Assembly (NCBI GenBank): GCA_049323875.1
Contig: JBMOLW010000041.1
Span: 74,476 to 138,475, forward strand
Length of the DNA stretch: 64,000 nucleotides
DNA from: Nitrospirota bacterium
GTDB lineage: Bacteria; Nitrospirota; Thermodesulfovibrionia; Thermodesulfovibrionales; SM23-35
Reading direction: 5' to 3'
Below the pieces are notes generated by a model. That model made no database searches, had not been told where the DNA came from, and worked only from the letters and a program-made list of their open reading frames with translations. Below are positions 55,608-64,000 of the stretch, one piece after another (positions within the stretch are counted from its first letter, which is position 1; the number at the start of each line of letters is the position of its first letter). A program made the translations under genes and the position numbers.

Positions 55608-56405
55608 ATGAAACCTTTTTTCCCCGGCGACTCGTACGACACCCCGGATGATGCGCCGCGTTTTCTCGGGGACCGTCTCGCGCTGAATACCCGCTGGTAT
55701 TTTGCCGGCGAATATATACGCGAAGTATTCAGGTCCCGCTCGATGGCGCTCAGGGGCCTATACGAAAGGAAAGCCTGGGCAGAGTCTTCTTACAGGGTTT
55801 TTAAAATAATCGAGGGGTGCGGAGGGCGGTTTCGCCTGAGAGGGATGGACAATATCCGTTTGTGTCAGCCGCCTGTGGTCTTTATCAGCAACCATATGAG
55901 CACCCTGGAAACTATGACTCTTCCCTGCATGATCGCACCTTTTTTCCCGGTTACGTTTGTAGTCAAGGAAAGTCTGGTGACACACCCCCTCTTCGGGCCG
56001 GTCATGCGCTCCAGAGATCCTATCGCGGTGAGCAGGAAAAATCCCCGGGAAGATTTTCAAATCGTTATGACCAGAGGGAAAGAATTGCTGGCTCAAGGGA
56101 TATCACTCATCATCTTCCCCCAGAGCACCAGAAACGCGGAATTTAGACCAGAGGAATTTAATTCTTTGGGTGTCAAACTTGCAAGGGCTGCCGGCGTGCA
56201 GGTTATGCCCGTGGCCGTCAAGACGGATTTCTGGGGAAACGGTAAATATCTGAAAGACCTCGGGACTATCAACCGCAGTAAACCTATCCATATGGTTTTC
56301 GGCCGGCCATTTTCGATTCAGGGGACCGGCAAGGATGAGCAGAAAAAGGTTATCGATTTCATAACCCATCATCTCCGGCAATGGGGAGCGATCGTAAAGG
56401 AATAG
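55608..56405 (+). CDS. Lysophospholipid (1-acyl-sn-glycerol-3-phosphate) acyltransferase family protein
   Basis: Motif I NHMSTLE (HX4D/E type) and motif III FPQSTR. The ATG at 55608 lies directly after the upstream stop. Confidence 0.8.
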   Translation: MKPFFPGDSYDTPDDAPRFLGDRLALNTRWYFAGEYIREVFRSRSMALRGLYERKAWAESSYRVFKIIEGCGGRFRLRGMDNIRLCQPPVVFISNHMSTLETMTLPCMIAPFFPVTFVVKESLVTHPLFGPVMRSRDPIAVSRKNPREDFQIVMTRGKELLAQGISLIIFPQSTRNAEFRPEEFNSLGVKLARAAGVQVMPVAVKTDFWGNGKYLKDLGTINRSKPIHMVFGRPFSIQGTGKDEQKKVIDFITHHLRQWGAIVKE

Positions 56406-56464
56406 AAAACCTTTTCACGCCCCTTTTAAAGGCAGAGGTCTCAGGCTTCAACACTCAATTCACA

Positions 56465-57085
56465 TTACTCCGGATATACAATACATTTTGTCCCTTCGCT
56501 CAAAGACCAGTAAAGGGCCCTGGCATCCTGTTGCTCAATCCCGAGATCCAGGGCAGTGTAGTGTTTTCCGCGGATGACATACCAGAAGGTAACCACTGGT
56601 CTTACGAAAAGATTCTCCAGAGATGCAAGCGTATTCCTGAAGGTTGAAGTCATTCCTTCCGAGGGGCGTACTGATATGAAAACCCTGTCATCGAACACAA
56701 GAGTATAGCGTACCGGCATGTCATCGAGCTCAAGCACATCAAGGGTAAACTCCTCTGATTCTTTCATGTCCCCCGGGCTTATTATTCTTCTCGAAGGTTT
56801 TAGCAATACGCTCTTCTTCGCCAGTGTCAGGGCCTTGTCAGGTGCGGAGTTCCCCCATAGGTCAATCCTGCGGACCGGGAATTCCCGCAACGTTATCCCC
56901 TTGGCCTTCAGCCGGACAATCTTTTCCTCCAGATGAAAGATCACATAGAGATTTGATTTTTTCGCCAATGACCACTCTTCTCTGAGGAGCTGATTTTCCT
57001 TTGCAAGACCTGCCCGGTTCCCGCCGGCAGTATGGTACGGGAAGAGCACAAGGGTTAAGATAAGGACGATTAGCCTGGCGAGCAT
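56465..57085 (-). CDS. Hypothetical exported protein
   Basis: 206 aa with an N-terminal signal/anchor. Adjacent to the L,D-transpeptidase genes. No family recognised. Confidence 0.5.
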   Translation of the reverse strand: MLARLIVLILTLVLFPYHTAGGNRAGLAKENQLLREEWSLAKKSNLYVIFHLEEKIVRLKAKGITLREFPVRRIDLWGNSAPDKALTLAKKSVLLKPSRRIISPGDMKESEEFTLDVLELDDMPVRYTLVFDDRVFISVRPSEGMTSTFRNTLASLENLFVRPVVTFWYVIRGKHYTALDLGIEQQDARALYWSLSEGTKCIVYPE

Positions 57086-57086
57086 A

Positions 57087-57716
57087 TCAGAAAATATAAA
57101 TTCTTGTCCCGATGTCCGTCACGGCAAAAAGAGCTTTGAGGTCTTCATCTCCGACGCGGATACATCCATGGGTAACATTTCTGCCAAGCAGTCTCGTATA
57201 GAGCGTTCCGTGTATGTAGTAGCCATTACCAAAGCCGAGTGCATAATCCCCGAGCATGCCCTGCTCCAGCCTCCCCTGCAGCGTACCGGGGATCTTCTCA
57301 CCCTCTTCAATAAAAGCCCAGTCAGGCTTAGTCCAGACCGGTGCAACCCGTTTCGTCTTCACCGAAAACACTCCCCGCGGGGTATCGAATACCCATATGG
57401 TTTTCTTCTGCGGGTCTTTCAGTACCGCGCCGCTTCCGCACGATACAACTGCTTCACGAATAACCCTGCTCCCTTTTTTCAGAAAAAGCCTGTTATTCGC
57501 GCTGTCAACAACGATTGAAACCCCATCCTGTGTCATGTTCTTCATCCTCTGCTTCAGGTACCGGTTGTCCGATTGCAGGTTCGCAAGGCTTCTGTCCGAA
57601 CCCTGTACCTCCGTCTCAAAGGGCGGCCGTATTCCGAAATAAAACCCCATGCCCCACATGATGAGAAAAAGGGAGCACAGCCCTGATGCAATAATGGTCC
57701 TCTTGTCCCGGAACAC
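57087..57716 (-). CDS. L,D-transpeptidase (YkuD domain)
   Basis: Catalytic motif HGT..LLGRNVTHGCIRV. GTG start, N-terminal TM. Confidence 0.88.
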   Translation of the reverse strand: MFRDKRTIIASGLCSLFLIMWGMGFYFGIRPPFETEVQGSDRSLANLQSDNRYLKQRMKNMTQDGVSIVVDSANNRLFLKKGSRVIREAVVSCGSGAVLKDPQKKTIWVFDTPRGVFSVKTKRVAPVWTKPDWAFIEEGEKIPGTLQGRLEQGMLGDYALGFGNGYYIHGTLYTRLLGRNVTHGCIRVGDEDLKALFAVTDIGTRIYIF

Positions 57717-57719
57717 CGC

Positions 57720-58823
57720 TTAGTTGCCTCCAATCGCTGAAGACAGCCGGTTCCCGGACTCAACCGCTCCAACGATAGTGACCGGAGTTCCCACCGGTAC
57801 CATTGCAAAGAGCTCATCGATACGGGAGTTATCCATTGCAATACACCCATACGTCATACTGTCTTTCCCGCCACCGTGTATTTCTATCAACCCCCCGATA
57901 CTGACCGTGCGGGGGATAAGTCCCTGTTTCTTTGCACGATCAAACCGCCTTCGGTCTTCTTCATTGGGATAATTTATCAGCAGGGCTTTATGGTAACGGC
58001 TCCGTCCGAGTTTTTTAATAATCCGGTATTTCCCCTCGGGTGTGGCATGATCTCCCGCATGGAGCTTGTCCATGGACCCGTTCCTGCCGATCCCGATCCT
58101 GTATGTCTTATAGACAGCTCCCTTTTTATAAAGCGTAAGCGTACGCTCACTTTTATTGACTACTATCACAGGGATATTCCGTTTCCGCGATTCCGCAACA
58201 GTGTCGGAGACCCATTTCCGCCATTGCTCAATCTGCCCTGTATCCGAATACCGCTCTACGATCGGGCAGAGGGTTTTCTCTGCCGCATTCATATGCCCGG
58301 CAAGCGAGGATATCCTTTCATCAGCACCGGTGAAGTCACCTGCCGCAAAGCGCTTCTTCGCTTCGATGAGAATGACTTCCGCCTGGATAAGCTCCCGCCT
58401 GGCTAGGCGCCCTTCATTCATGGTTTTTGACAGCCCCTTCAGCATATCAATCTGATCGGAGAAAGACAAAAGTATTTCCTCAGTCTTCCGGGAAAATTCC
58501 CGCTTCTTTTCCTCCAGTTGTCCGGATAGCGCATTTCCATTCTCCAGGAGCCGCCTGAATTCTGACTGGATACCGGCATAATTGCGGAACAGAATGAACC
58601 GGGATCTCTCCCGGATAAGATCTGATCTTGCTTTGATAAGTGCCTTCCTGTATTCCTCGTATTCTTCCGGAAGGTATAAAGGGACCCCCGCCCTCCAGAG
58701 GGCGAGTTCCTGTTCCGTTACCTGTTTTACCTCTGGAGGGACCGGGGGTTCACTGCAGCCTGTGAAATACAGGAGTGCGACTGCGAGCAGTACAGGCTGA
58801 ATGTTCTTCAGGTTCACCGTCAC
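57720..58823 (-). CDS. L,D-transpeptidase family lipoprotein (YafK-like catalytic domain)
   Basis: Lipobox YFTGC, a long helical N-region, and C-terminal IEIHGGGKDSMTYGCIAMDN. Confidence 0.8.
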   Translation of the reverse strand: MTVNLKNIQPVLLAVALLYFTGCSEPPVPPEVKQVTEQELALWRAGVPLYLPEEYEEYRKALIKARSDLIRERSRFILFRNYAGIQSEFRRLLENGNALSGQLEEKKREFSRKTEEILLSFSDQIDMLKGLSKTMNEGRLARRELIQAEVILIEAKKRFAAGDFTGADERISSLAGHMNAAEKTLCPIVERYSDTGQIEQWRKWVSDTVAESRKRNIPVIVVNKSERTLTLYKKGAVYKTYRIGIGRNGSMDKLHAGDHATPEGKYRIIKKLGRSRYHKALLINYPNEEDRRRFDRAKKQGLIPRTVSIGGLIEIHGGGKDSMTYGCIAMDNSRIDELFAMVPVGTPVTIVGAVESGNRLSSAIGGN

Positions 58824-58843
58824 AGAGCACCCCGCATAGTATC

Positions 58844-59449
58844 TTATCTTACCTTTGTAGTGCCGACTTTCTCCATAGCCTGGGCAACCTGCGCCGAGAC
58901 CTCTCCTGCTTTCTCTTTTATGCTGTTCGCCTTCTCTTTCGCTGCGCCGTAATCTTCTCCGTCCATTGCTGCCTGGACTTCTGCGAGAGAATCTTCAAGC
59001 CCTTTAACGTCTGCTTTCAGAACCTCGATGTCAGCTCTGGAACCCTTTCCTTTCGGTGCCCTGGCGAGCATGGCCTTGGCTTCTTCGACTGCTGCCTTTG
59101 CAGTTTCCTGTGCAGCGAGGGCATCTGTTTTTGCCTGTTCTTTCTTCATCGGGAGATTGGCCTTGAGGGTTTCAGCGTCAGCTTTCACTTTCGCCAGCAT
59201 CTCTTTGGCCTTGCTGTAGTTCTTCATGGTTTTTCCGTCCTGCACCTTGATCTCTTCCATTGCCGCGGTCATCGCTTCGGCGATTACCTTTACGTCCTCA
59301 GGGGCAAATTTCTGGGCACCCTCGGCCATAATCGCGTCTACTGAAGCCTGGGCAGCCGTGATATCTTCTGTAGGCTGCTTGCCGCATCCTGCAATAAGAA
59401 GGACCGCCAATACGCTGCAGATCAGAAAGGTAACAGTTATTTTCTTCAT
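58844..59449 (-). CDS. Ala/Lys/Glu-rich helical lipoprotein, hypothetical
   Basis: 201 aa with lipobox LIAGC and SD AGGAG. Lies downstream of a candidate sigma-54 promoter. Confidence 0.65.
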   Translation of the reverse strand: MKKITVTFLICSVLAVLLIAGCGKQPTEDITAAQASVDAIMAEGAQKFAPEDVKVIAEAMTAAMEEIKVQDGKTMKNYSKAKEMLAKVKADAETLKANLPMKKEQAKTDALAAQETAKAAVEEAKAMLARAPKGKGSRADIEVLKADVKGLEDSLAEVQAAMDGEDYGAAKEKANSIKEKAGEVSAQVAQAMEKVGTTKVR

Positions 59450-59616
59450 TTTTGTTGTTCTCCTTTTTCTTTTTTAATTTTTTTCTCTTACTCAGGCTTT
59501 CTGGTGAATCTTATTTCCCCTTCTTGTCTTTTGGCTTGCCCGGAGCTTTTTTCTTGTCCATCCATACCCTCCTCTGGAAAAGATTATCCCCGAATACAGG
59601 GATCCGGACCAGGAAT

Positions 59617-59632
59617 AACAATTCCTGTGCCA
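59617..59632 (-). promoter_or_regulatory. Candidate sigma-54 (-24/-12) promoter
   Basis: Minus strand reads TGGCAC-AGGAA-TTGTT against the consensus TGGCAC-N5-TTGCW. The -12 element is GT instead of GC. Confidence 0.4.
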
Positions 59633-59712
59633 GATTCAGATATGGGATAAATATTCCGAAAATACAATACGTTATCAGGATATTGGCTTTTCTGTTCTCT
59701 CATATAATGTAC

Positions 59713-59736
59713 ATTATGGCACGGAGGTGCCATAAT
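59713..59736. promoter_or_regulatory. Palindromic candidate enhancer (UAS) site 1
   Basis: ATTATGGCAC-GGAG-GTGCCATAAT with perfect 10-bp arms, about 85-100 bp upstream of the candidate -24 element. Confidence 0.5.
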
Positions 59737-59767
59737 GACGCATAAAAATTAATTATTGACTTTTATC

Positions 59768-59784
59768 TATGCCATTATGGCATA
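59768..59784. promoter_or_regulatory. Palindromic candidate enhancer (UAS) site 2
   Basis: TATGCCA-TTA-TGGCATA, sharing the TGCCAT/ATGGCA half-site with site 1. Confidence 0.45.
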
Positions 59785-59838
59785 AATAGAGCATAGTAAC
59801 CGGAATTAATTCTTCCAGAGAGGTCAAAATAACGCAGG

Positions 59839-61194
59839 ATGCGGGAAAAGACGAGCAATATTCTCGTGATCATGGGAACCCGGAACAAGGACTGGGAAAC
59901 CCTGATTGCCGGCCTCAGAAAACATAAGGATTTCATTCCCTATGTGACTGCCTCAATCAGCGAGGCAGTCACGATTATCAAGAATGAGCCTATCCATATC
60001 ATAATCTGCGACTACGATCTGCCCCGGGACAGCCTTAAATTTCTGAGAAAAGTGAAGTTCCTCAAACCGTATATCGAGGTAATTTTCCTCTCGGAAAACG
60101 TCAACCTTCCCAAAGCAATCGAGGCAATGAAAGAGGGGGCGTATGATTTCTATCAGCTTCCTGTTGACAAAAGACTGCTGCATACTGTTATTGACAAGGC
60201 AGTCGAAAAACAGATTCTCTTCTTCGAAAAATCTGCGCTGGTGCTGAAGATGCAGGAACAGTTCGACTACCGGAATATTATAGGCCGGAGCAAGGCAATT
60301 AAGCATGTAGTGGATATCGTGAGCTCGGTGGCACAAAAAAACGTCAGCATCCTGATTTCAGGGGAAACCGGGACAGGGAAGGAGCTTGTCGCAGGGGCAA
60401 TCCATTATAACAGTCCGCGGTCTGCAAAGCCCTTCATAAAAGTCAACTGTGCCGCTCTCAGCGAAGGGGTTCTCGACTCAGAACTCTTCGGACACGAGAA
60501 AGGCGCATTTACCGGTGCGATTGCAACCCGGGTGGGCAGGTTCGAACTTGCAGACGGCGGAACCATCTTCCTTGATGAAATAGGGGATGTGTCTCCCAAT
60601 ATCCAGGTCAAGCTCCTCCGGGTGCTGCAGGAAAGGGAATTTGAGCGGGTAGGGGGCAATGAAACCAAGAAAGTGGATGTGCGGGTTCTCGCGGCAACAA
60701 ACAGGGACCTGAAGAAACTGATTGATGAAGGCCATTTCAGAAAAGACCTTTATTACCGTCTGAACGTTGTAAACATCGAAATGCCCGCCCTCAGGGACCG
60801 CGCTGAAGACATTCCTCTCCTCGTAAGCTACTTCATCAGCAAATTAAATACCGAGAAAGGGTATCAGATAAAGGGCATCGGGAAAGACGCAATGCAGATA
60901 CTCATCAACTACCACTGGCCCGGCAATGTCCGTGAACTCGAAAATGCGATTGAATCCGCAATGGCGCTCGCCGAAGGAGACATCATCGAGGCAAAGTATC
61001 TCCCCTCGTTCCTGCTGCTCAACCCTCTCGAACACAGCGAATATTATCAGATACCGAGAGACCTTACGCTCGCAGATATCGAAAAGAAAGTAATCGAACT
61101 CTCCTTAAAGAGAACCGGAGGCAATAAAACCCGGGCTGCGAAACTCCTGGACATCGGCCTCAGAACCCTGCAGAGGAAAGTTAAGCAATCCTGA
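59839..61194 (+). CDS. Sigma-54-dependent transcriptional activator (NtrC-family bEBP) with atypical receiver
   Basis: 451 aa with Walker A GETGTGKE, the GAFTGA loop (HEKGAFTGA) and a Fis-type HTH (GNKTRAAKLLDIGLRTLQRKV). The receiver keeps the CDYDLP Asp but lacks the N-terminal DD pair. Confidence 0.92.
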   Translation: MREKTSNILVIMGTRNKDWETLIAGLRKHKDFIPYVTASISEAVTIIKNEPIHIIICDYDLPRDSLKFLRKVKFLKPYIEVIFLSENVNLPKAIEAMKEGAYDFYQLPVDKRLLHTVIDKAVEKQILFFEKSALVLKMQEQFDYRNIIGRSKAIKHVVDIVSSVAQKNVSILISGETGTGKELVAGAIHYNSPRSAKPFIKVNCAALSEGVLDSELFGHEKGAFTGAIATRVGRFELADGGTIFLDEIGDVSPNIQVKLLRVLQEREFERVGGNETKKVDVRVLAATNRDLKKLIDEGHFRKDLYYRLNVVNIEMPALRDRAEDIPLLVSYFISKLNTEKGYQIKGIGKDAMQILINYHWPGNVRELENAIESAMALAEGDIIEAKYLPSFLLLNPLEHSEYYQIPRDLTLADIEKKVIELSLKRTGGNKTRAAKLLDIGLRTLQRKVKQS

Positions 61195-61213
61195 CATAGC
61201 AAGGGAAACGGGA

Positions 61214-61642
61214 TTATCTTTTCGGTTTCCTGAATTTGTCCAGGGGGACCACTTTGTCATCATGCGGGATTGCATCTTCTCCTGCGGCAGCCTCAGCTTT
61301 GGGCGACTCATCTTCTCCAAGCCAGTCCCAACGGTCAAATCGCACCTTTGCATCCGGTGAAAAAACCGAAATGATATCGTCTGCACCAAAGAAACACTTC
61401 TCGGGTTTGTTCCCGGCGCCGAATCCGAGCGTAGTGGTAATATTTCCGTCCTCTGTCCATTGAAGGTCCCTGTTGTTGTTCTGGGTAAAGACAAGGACAA
61501 GCCCTTTCTCTTTCTCTTCCTCGGTAAATCCTCTCCTTCCTATTCTGGCATGCTCGGAATATTTCAGGACGACATAAACCCGTCCGTAATCGTTGAAAAG
61601 GTCATAGAAGAGATTCCGGAGATATTTCAGCTGATTCTCCAT
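61214..61642 (-). CDS. sspB: ClpXP adaptor SspB-like protein
   Basis: SspB-like core with an acidic linker and a C-terminal ClpX-binding-like tail DKVVPLDKFRKPKR. The ATG at 61642 is preferred over the track start 61726. Confidence 0.6.
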   Translation of the reverse strand: MENQLKYLRNLFYDLFNDYGRVYVVLKYSEHARIGRRGFTEEEKEKGLVLVFTQNNNRDLQWTEDGNITTTLGFGAGNKPEKCFFGADDIISVFSPDAKVRFDRWDWLGEDESPKAEAAAGEDAIPHDDKVVPLDKFRKPKR

Positions 61643-61939
61643 TCCCTTCAAAATAGTACAAGCGGCAGGAAAAAGCAAGACGAATTGACCCGAAAAATGC
61701 ATTTTGGATATAAAGACGGCAGGCACCTATGCAGCAAAACCTCTTGAACGCAGAATTTACGTCTGTATGGTATCCGGGCGGCAGGGCTGAAAACGTTCCG
61801 GGAATCCGGGTCATGAAACCGCTCACCAAGGAGCTGCGCACATGCCTGCCGTTCATTGCATTTTTCGGGTTGATCTGTTTCATGGCTGATGGAGGGGGGA
61901 GGGGCCTCCGGGGGAGGAGACCCCTCGTGGGAGGGAAAG

Positions 61940-63106
61940 CTATACTTCCTTTTGGGGTTGGGGAGCCTTGCGTAAAAAAGCAGGTATATCAATGGCATTT
62001 TCATACGAGGACATGATCTCTGTCGCCATGACATCGACCCCTAATTCTGACCGTATGTTCTTTGACAATACCCGCTCTGAACCTTTCAGGGTTACCGGAT
62101 GTTTCAGGGGAGCCCACTTCTTCACCTGGGGAAGGTCGACCTTCTCTTTCTGTGCGTCAAATCCGGTTGCGATTACCGTAACCCGCACCTCGTCCCCGAT
62201 GTCAGGGTTGATCACTGCACCGAATATGAGGTGCACCTCCTCGTGGGAAGAATCATAAATGTATGAAACAGCATCCTGGACATCGTTCAGGGAGAGCTCG
62301 AGGCCGCCGGTGATGTTCACCAGGATACCCTTTGCTCCCTCTATGGAAGAATCCTCAAGCAGGGGATTCGATATGGCCTTTTTCGCTGCATCGAGCGCCC
62401 CGGTATCTCCTCTTCCTGTGCCGCTGCCCATGACACCGCGGCCTTTATCCTCGATGATCGTCCTCACATCCGCAAAGTCGACATTGATAAGCCCGGGTAT
62501 CAGGATAATATCGGAAATCCCCTGTACTGCCTGTTTCAGGACATCATTCGCAACCGCGAATGATTTGAGGAGCGGAGTGCCTTTCTCAACAACCAGGCCG
62601 ATCTTGTCATTCGGTATGACGATGAGGGTATCAACATGTTTTCTCAACTCCATGATCCCTTCTTCAGCATTCAGATATCTCACTTTCCCCTCATAGAAAA
62701 AAGGTTTGGTGATAACAGCTACGGTGATGGCGCCAAGTTCCTTTGCAACACTTGCGATTACAGGCCCTGCTCCGGTTCCGGTTCCGCCACCCATGCCGGC
62801 AGTGATAAAGACCATGTCAGAGCCATCGAGATATTCGGTGATTGCGGTCGTATCTTCAAGGGCTGCGTCCCTTCCGATCTGGGGATCTGACCCCGCGCCA
62901 AGGCCACGGGTCAGGTTTGCTCCTATCTGCACTTTCACGGGTGCGAGGTTCGTCTCAAGAGCCTGCATATCAGTATTGATTGCCACGAACTCGACTCCCT
63001 GCAGGTTCGATGCAATCATGTTGTTGATCGCATTTCCACCGGCTCCCCCGACACCGACGACTCTGATCTTTGCTCTCTGTCCTTTTACTTCTTCGATTTC
63101 AAACAT
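61940..63106 (-). CDS. ftsZ: Cell division protein FtsZ
   Basis: 388 aa with the tubulin signature GGGTGTG and the N-terminus IRVVGVGGAGGNAIN. Confidence 0.98.
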   Translation of the reverse strand: MFEIEEVKGQRAKIRVVGVGGAGGNAINNMIASNLQGVEFVAINTDMQALETNLAPVKVQIGANLTRGLGAGSDPQIGRDAALEDTTAITEYLDGSDMVFITAGMGGGTGTGAGPVIASVAKELGAITVAVITKPFFYEGKVRYLNAEEGIMELRKHVDTLIVIPNDKIGLVVEKGTPLLKSFAVANDVLKQAVQGISDIILIPGLINVDFADVRTIIEDKGRGVMGSGTGRGDTGALDAAKKAISNPLLEDSSIEGAKGILVNITGGLELSLNDVQDAVSYIYDSSHEEVHLIFGAVINPDIGDEVRVTVIATGFDAQKEKVDLPQVKKWAPLKHPVTLKGSERVLSKNIRSELGVDVMATEIMSSYENAIDIPAFLRKAPQPQKEV

Positions 63107-63130
63107 CTGCTCTTCCTCCTCTTCGTATTT

Positions 63131-64000
63131 TTATATGAAGATTCCTTTGACCCATTCTTTCATCTTTCCGAATATTCCGGAAAACGCATCGGGATAAAAA
63201 ACCTTCTCGTGTTCCGAATCGAAACCATAGAGCACGAGACCTGCGCCGGTCGCATACATCGGGTTCTTTTCTATCTCAGGACATCCCCGGATTCCCCTCG
63301 GAAATCCTATCCTGACAGGCATTTCCAGAACAGCCTCTGCCATCCTGTCCATGCCTTCAAGCAAGGCTCCGCCGCCGGTTATCACCACCCCTGTCGCCGC
63401 TATATCGTAGCCGGAACATGAACGGAGCTCAGTGCGAATAAGATCAAGGAGCTCCTCTGCACGCGGCTGGATAATCTCAGCTACATATCTCCTCAGTATC
63501 TTCCTGCTCTGTCCAGCCTGGAATATCTCTATCTCCTGACTCTCGTCCACCAGAGCAGTCACCGCATGGCCAAAACTCTTTTTCACCCGTTCAGCCTCAG
63601 GCACAGGAATCCTGAGCCCTACAGCAACATCGTTCGTGAAATGATTTCCTCCGACTGCAAGAACCGAAGAATGCCTCAGCCATCCATCCTTATAGAGGAT
63701 GATATCCGTTGTCCCGCCGCCGACATCAACAATCGCCACGCCGAGTTCTCTCTCATCGTCTGTAAGGATCGCTTCCGCTGAGGCAAGCGGCTCAAATACG
63801 ATATCGACAACTTCGAGCCCTGCCTTCTCACAGCATTTCATAAGGTTTTGCACGGAACTGACGGCACCGGTGAGAATATACACTTTTGCTTCCAGCCTCA
63901 CCCCTGCCATGCCGATCGGGTCTCTGATTCCGTTCTGCCCGTCAAGGGTATATCCAGTCGGTATGACATGAAGAACTTCCCTGTCAAGGGGGACGTACAC
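63131..64000 (-). CDS. ftsA: Cell division protein FtsA (5' end outside the window)
   Basis: Actin-like fold (DVGGGTTDI, VITGGGALLEGM) and a C-terminal amphipathic helix GIFGKMKEWVKGIFI. Lies upstream of ftsZ. Confidence 0.95.
   Translation of the reverse strand: MYVPLDREVLHVIPTGYTLDGQNGIRDPIGMAGVRLEAKVYILTGAVSSVQNLMKCCEKAGLEVVDIVFEPLASAEAILTDDERELGVAIVDVGGGTTDIILYKDGWLRHSSVLAVGGNHFTNDVAVGLRIPVPEAERVKKSFGHAVTALVDESQEIEIFQAGQSRKILRRYVAEIIQPRAEELLDLIRTELRSCSGYDIAATGVVITGGGALLEGMDRMAEAVLEMPVRIGFPRGIRGCPEIEKNPMYATGAGLVLYGFDSEHEKVFYPDAFSGIFGKMKEWVKGIFI

Noticed and set aside
59488-59565. 25-codon small ORF (MDGQEKSSGQAKRQEGEIRFTRKPE) between the candidate sigma-54 promoter and the lipoprotein gene
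   Set aside because: The GGAGGG sits only 1 nt from the ATG, which is poor spacing. The peptide is short and highly charged with no recognisable motif. There is no conservation evidence available, so it is recorded only as a possibility.
59717-59732. TGGCACGGAGGTGCCA read as a plus-strand sigma-54 promoter for the bEBP gene
   Set aside because: The GC of the -12 element is displaced by one position relative to the GG of -24. The sequence is also a perfect palindrome, which fits a dimeric activator binding site better.
61885-61935. G-rich segment GGGGGGAGGGGCCTCCGGGGGAGGAGACCCCTCGTGGGAGGG downstream of ftsZ as a terminator or third copy of the GGGAGGGG element
   Set aside because: It has only short 5-bp stems and no U-tract. 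Its similarity to the 37737-37842 elements is limited to G-run composition, so it is mentioned there but not called as a feature.

Overview
Dense (~90% coding) bacterial chromosomal window of roughly 50% GC. The lineage cannot be named from sequence alone; gene content and repeat types suggest an anaerobic Nitrospirota- or Deltaproteobacteria-like organism (low confidence). Most of the window is housekeeping: the atpF'FHAGDC operon (a and c subunit genes absent), bioF-bioD, lysA-dapF-dapA, an aconitase, four tRNAs (Lys, Glu, Arg, Ser), dCMP deaminase, rluB, aspS, aroC, truB, lptC-lptA-lptB-rpoN-hpf-rapZ, two L,D-transpeptidases, a sigma-54 enhancer-binding protein, sspB, and ftsA-ftsZ. The notable part is a ~25 kb minus-strand envelope supercluster (47699 down to 23513). 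It reads pilMNOPQ, two lipoproteins (one with Big/PKD domains), a lipobox S8 protease, gspC, an inserted four-helix-bundle gene, gspDEFGHIJKLMN, then a second lipobox S8 protease, and it converges on a CPBP intramembrane protease. Both S8 proteases end in the same Cys-containing tag (Gly-rich run, Cys, hydrophobic helix, Arg cluster). The GspD secretin carries a C-terminal domain clearly homologous to the proteases' own N-terminal propeptides. Together these look like a T2SS-coupled, sortase-like surface-protease system that I cannot match to a described family. The window also holds several small repeat families. These are GGATGAA-type heptamer arrays (they supply a stop, SD and start codon, encode the GspD signal peptide, sit inside dapF, and flank the four-helix-bundle gene), a GAGCAAA heptamer array inside aroC, a bipartite double-hairpin REP-like element in three copies, GC-rich GGGAGGGG palindromes, and a three-way-junction-like structured element between gspF and gspG. 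An AT-rich islet (18.3-21.5 kb) carries a HAF-like repeat protein, tag and a RelE/RHH toxin-antitoxin pair. No CRISPR array, rRNA, transposase or integrase was seen. The ORF track uses the most upstream ATG/GTG/TTG, so several starts were trimmed using SD sequences and family N-termini.
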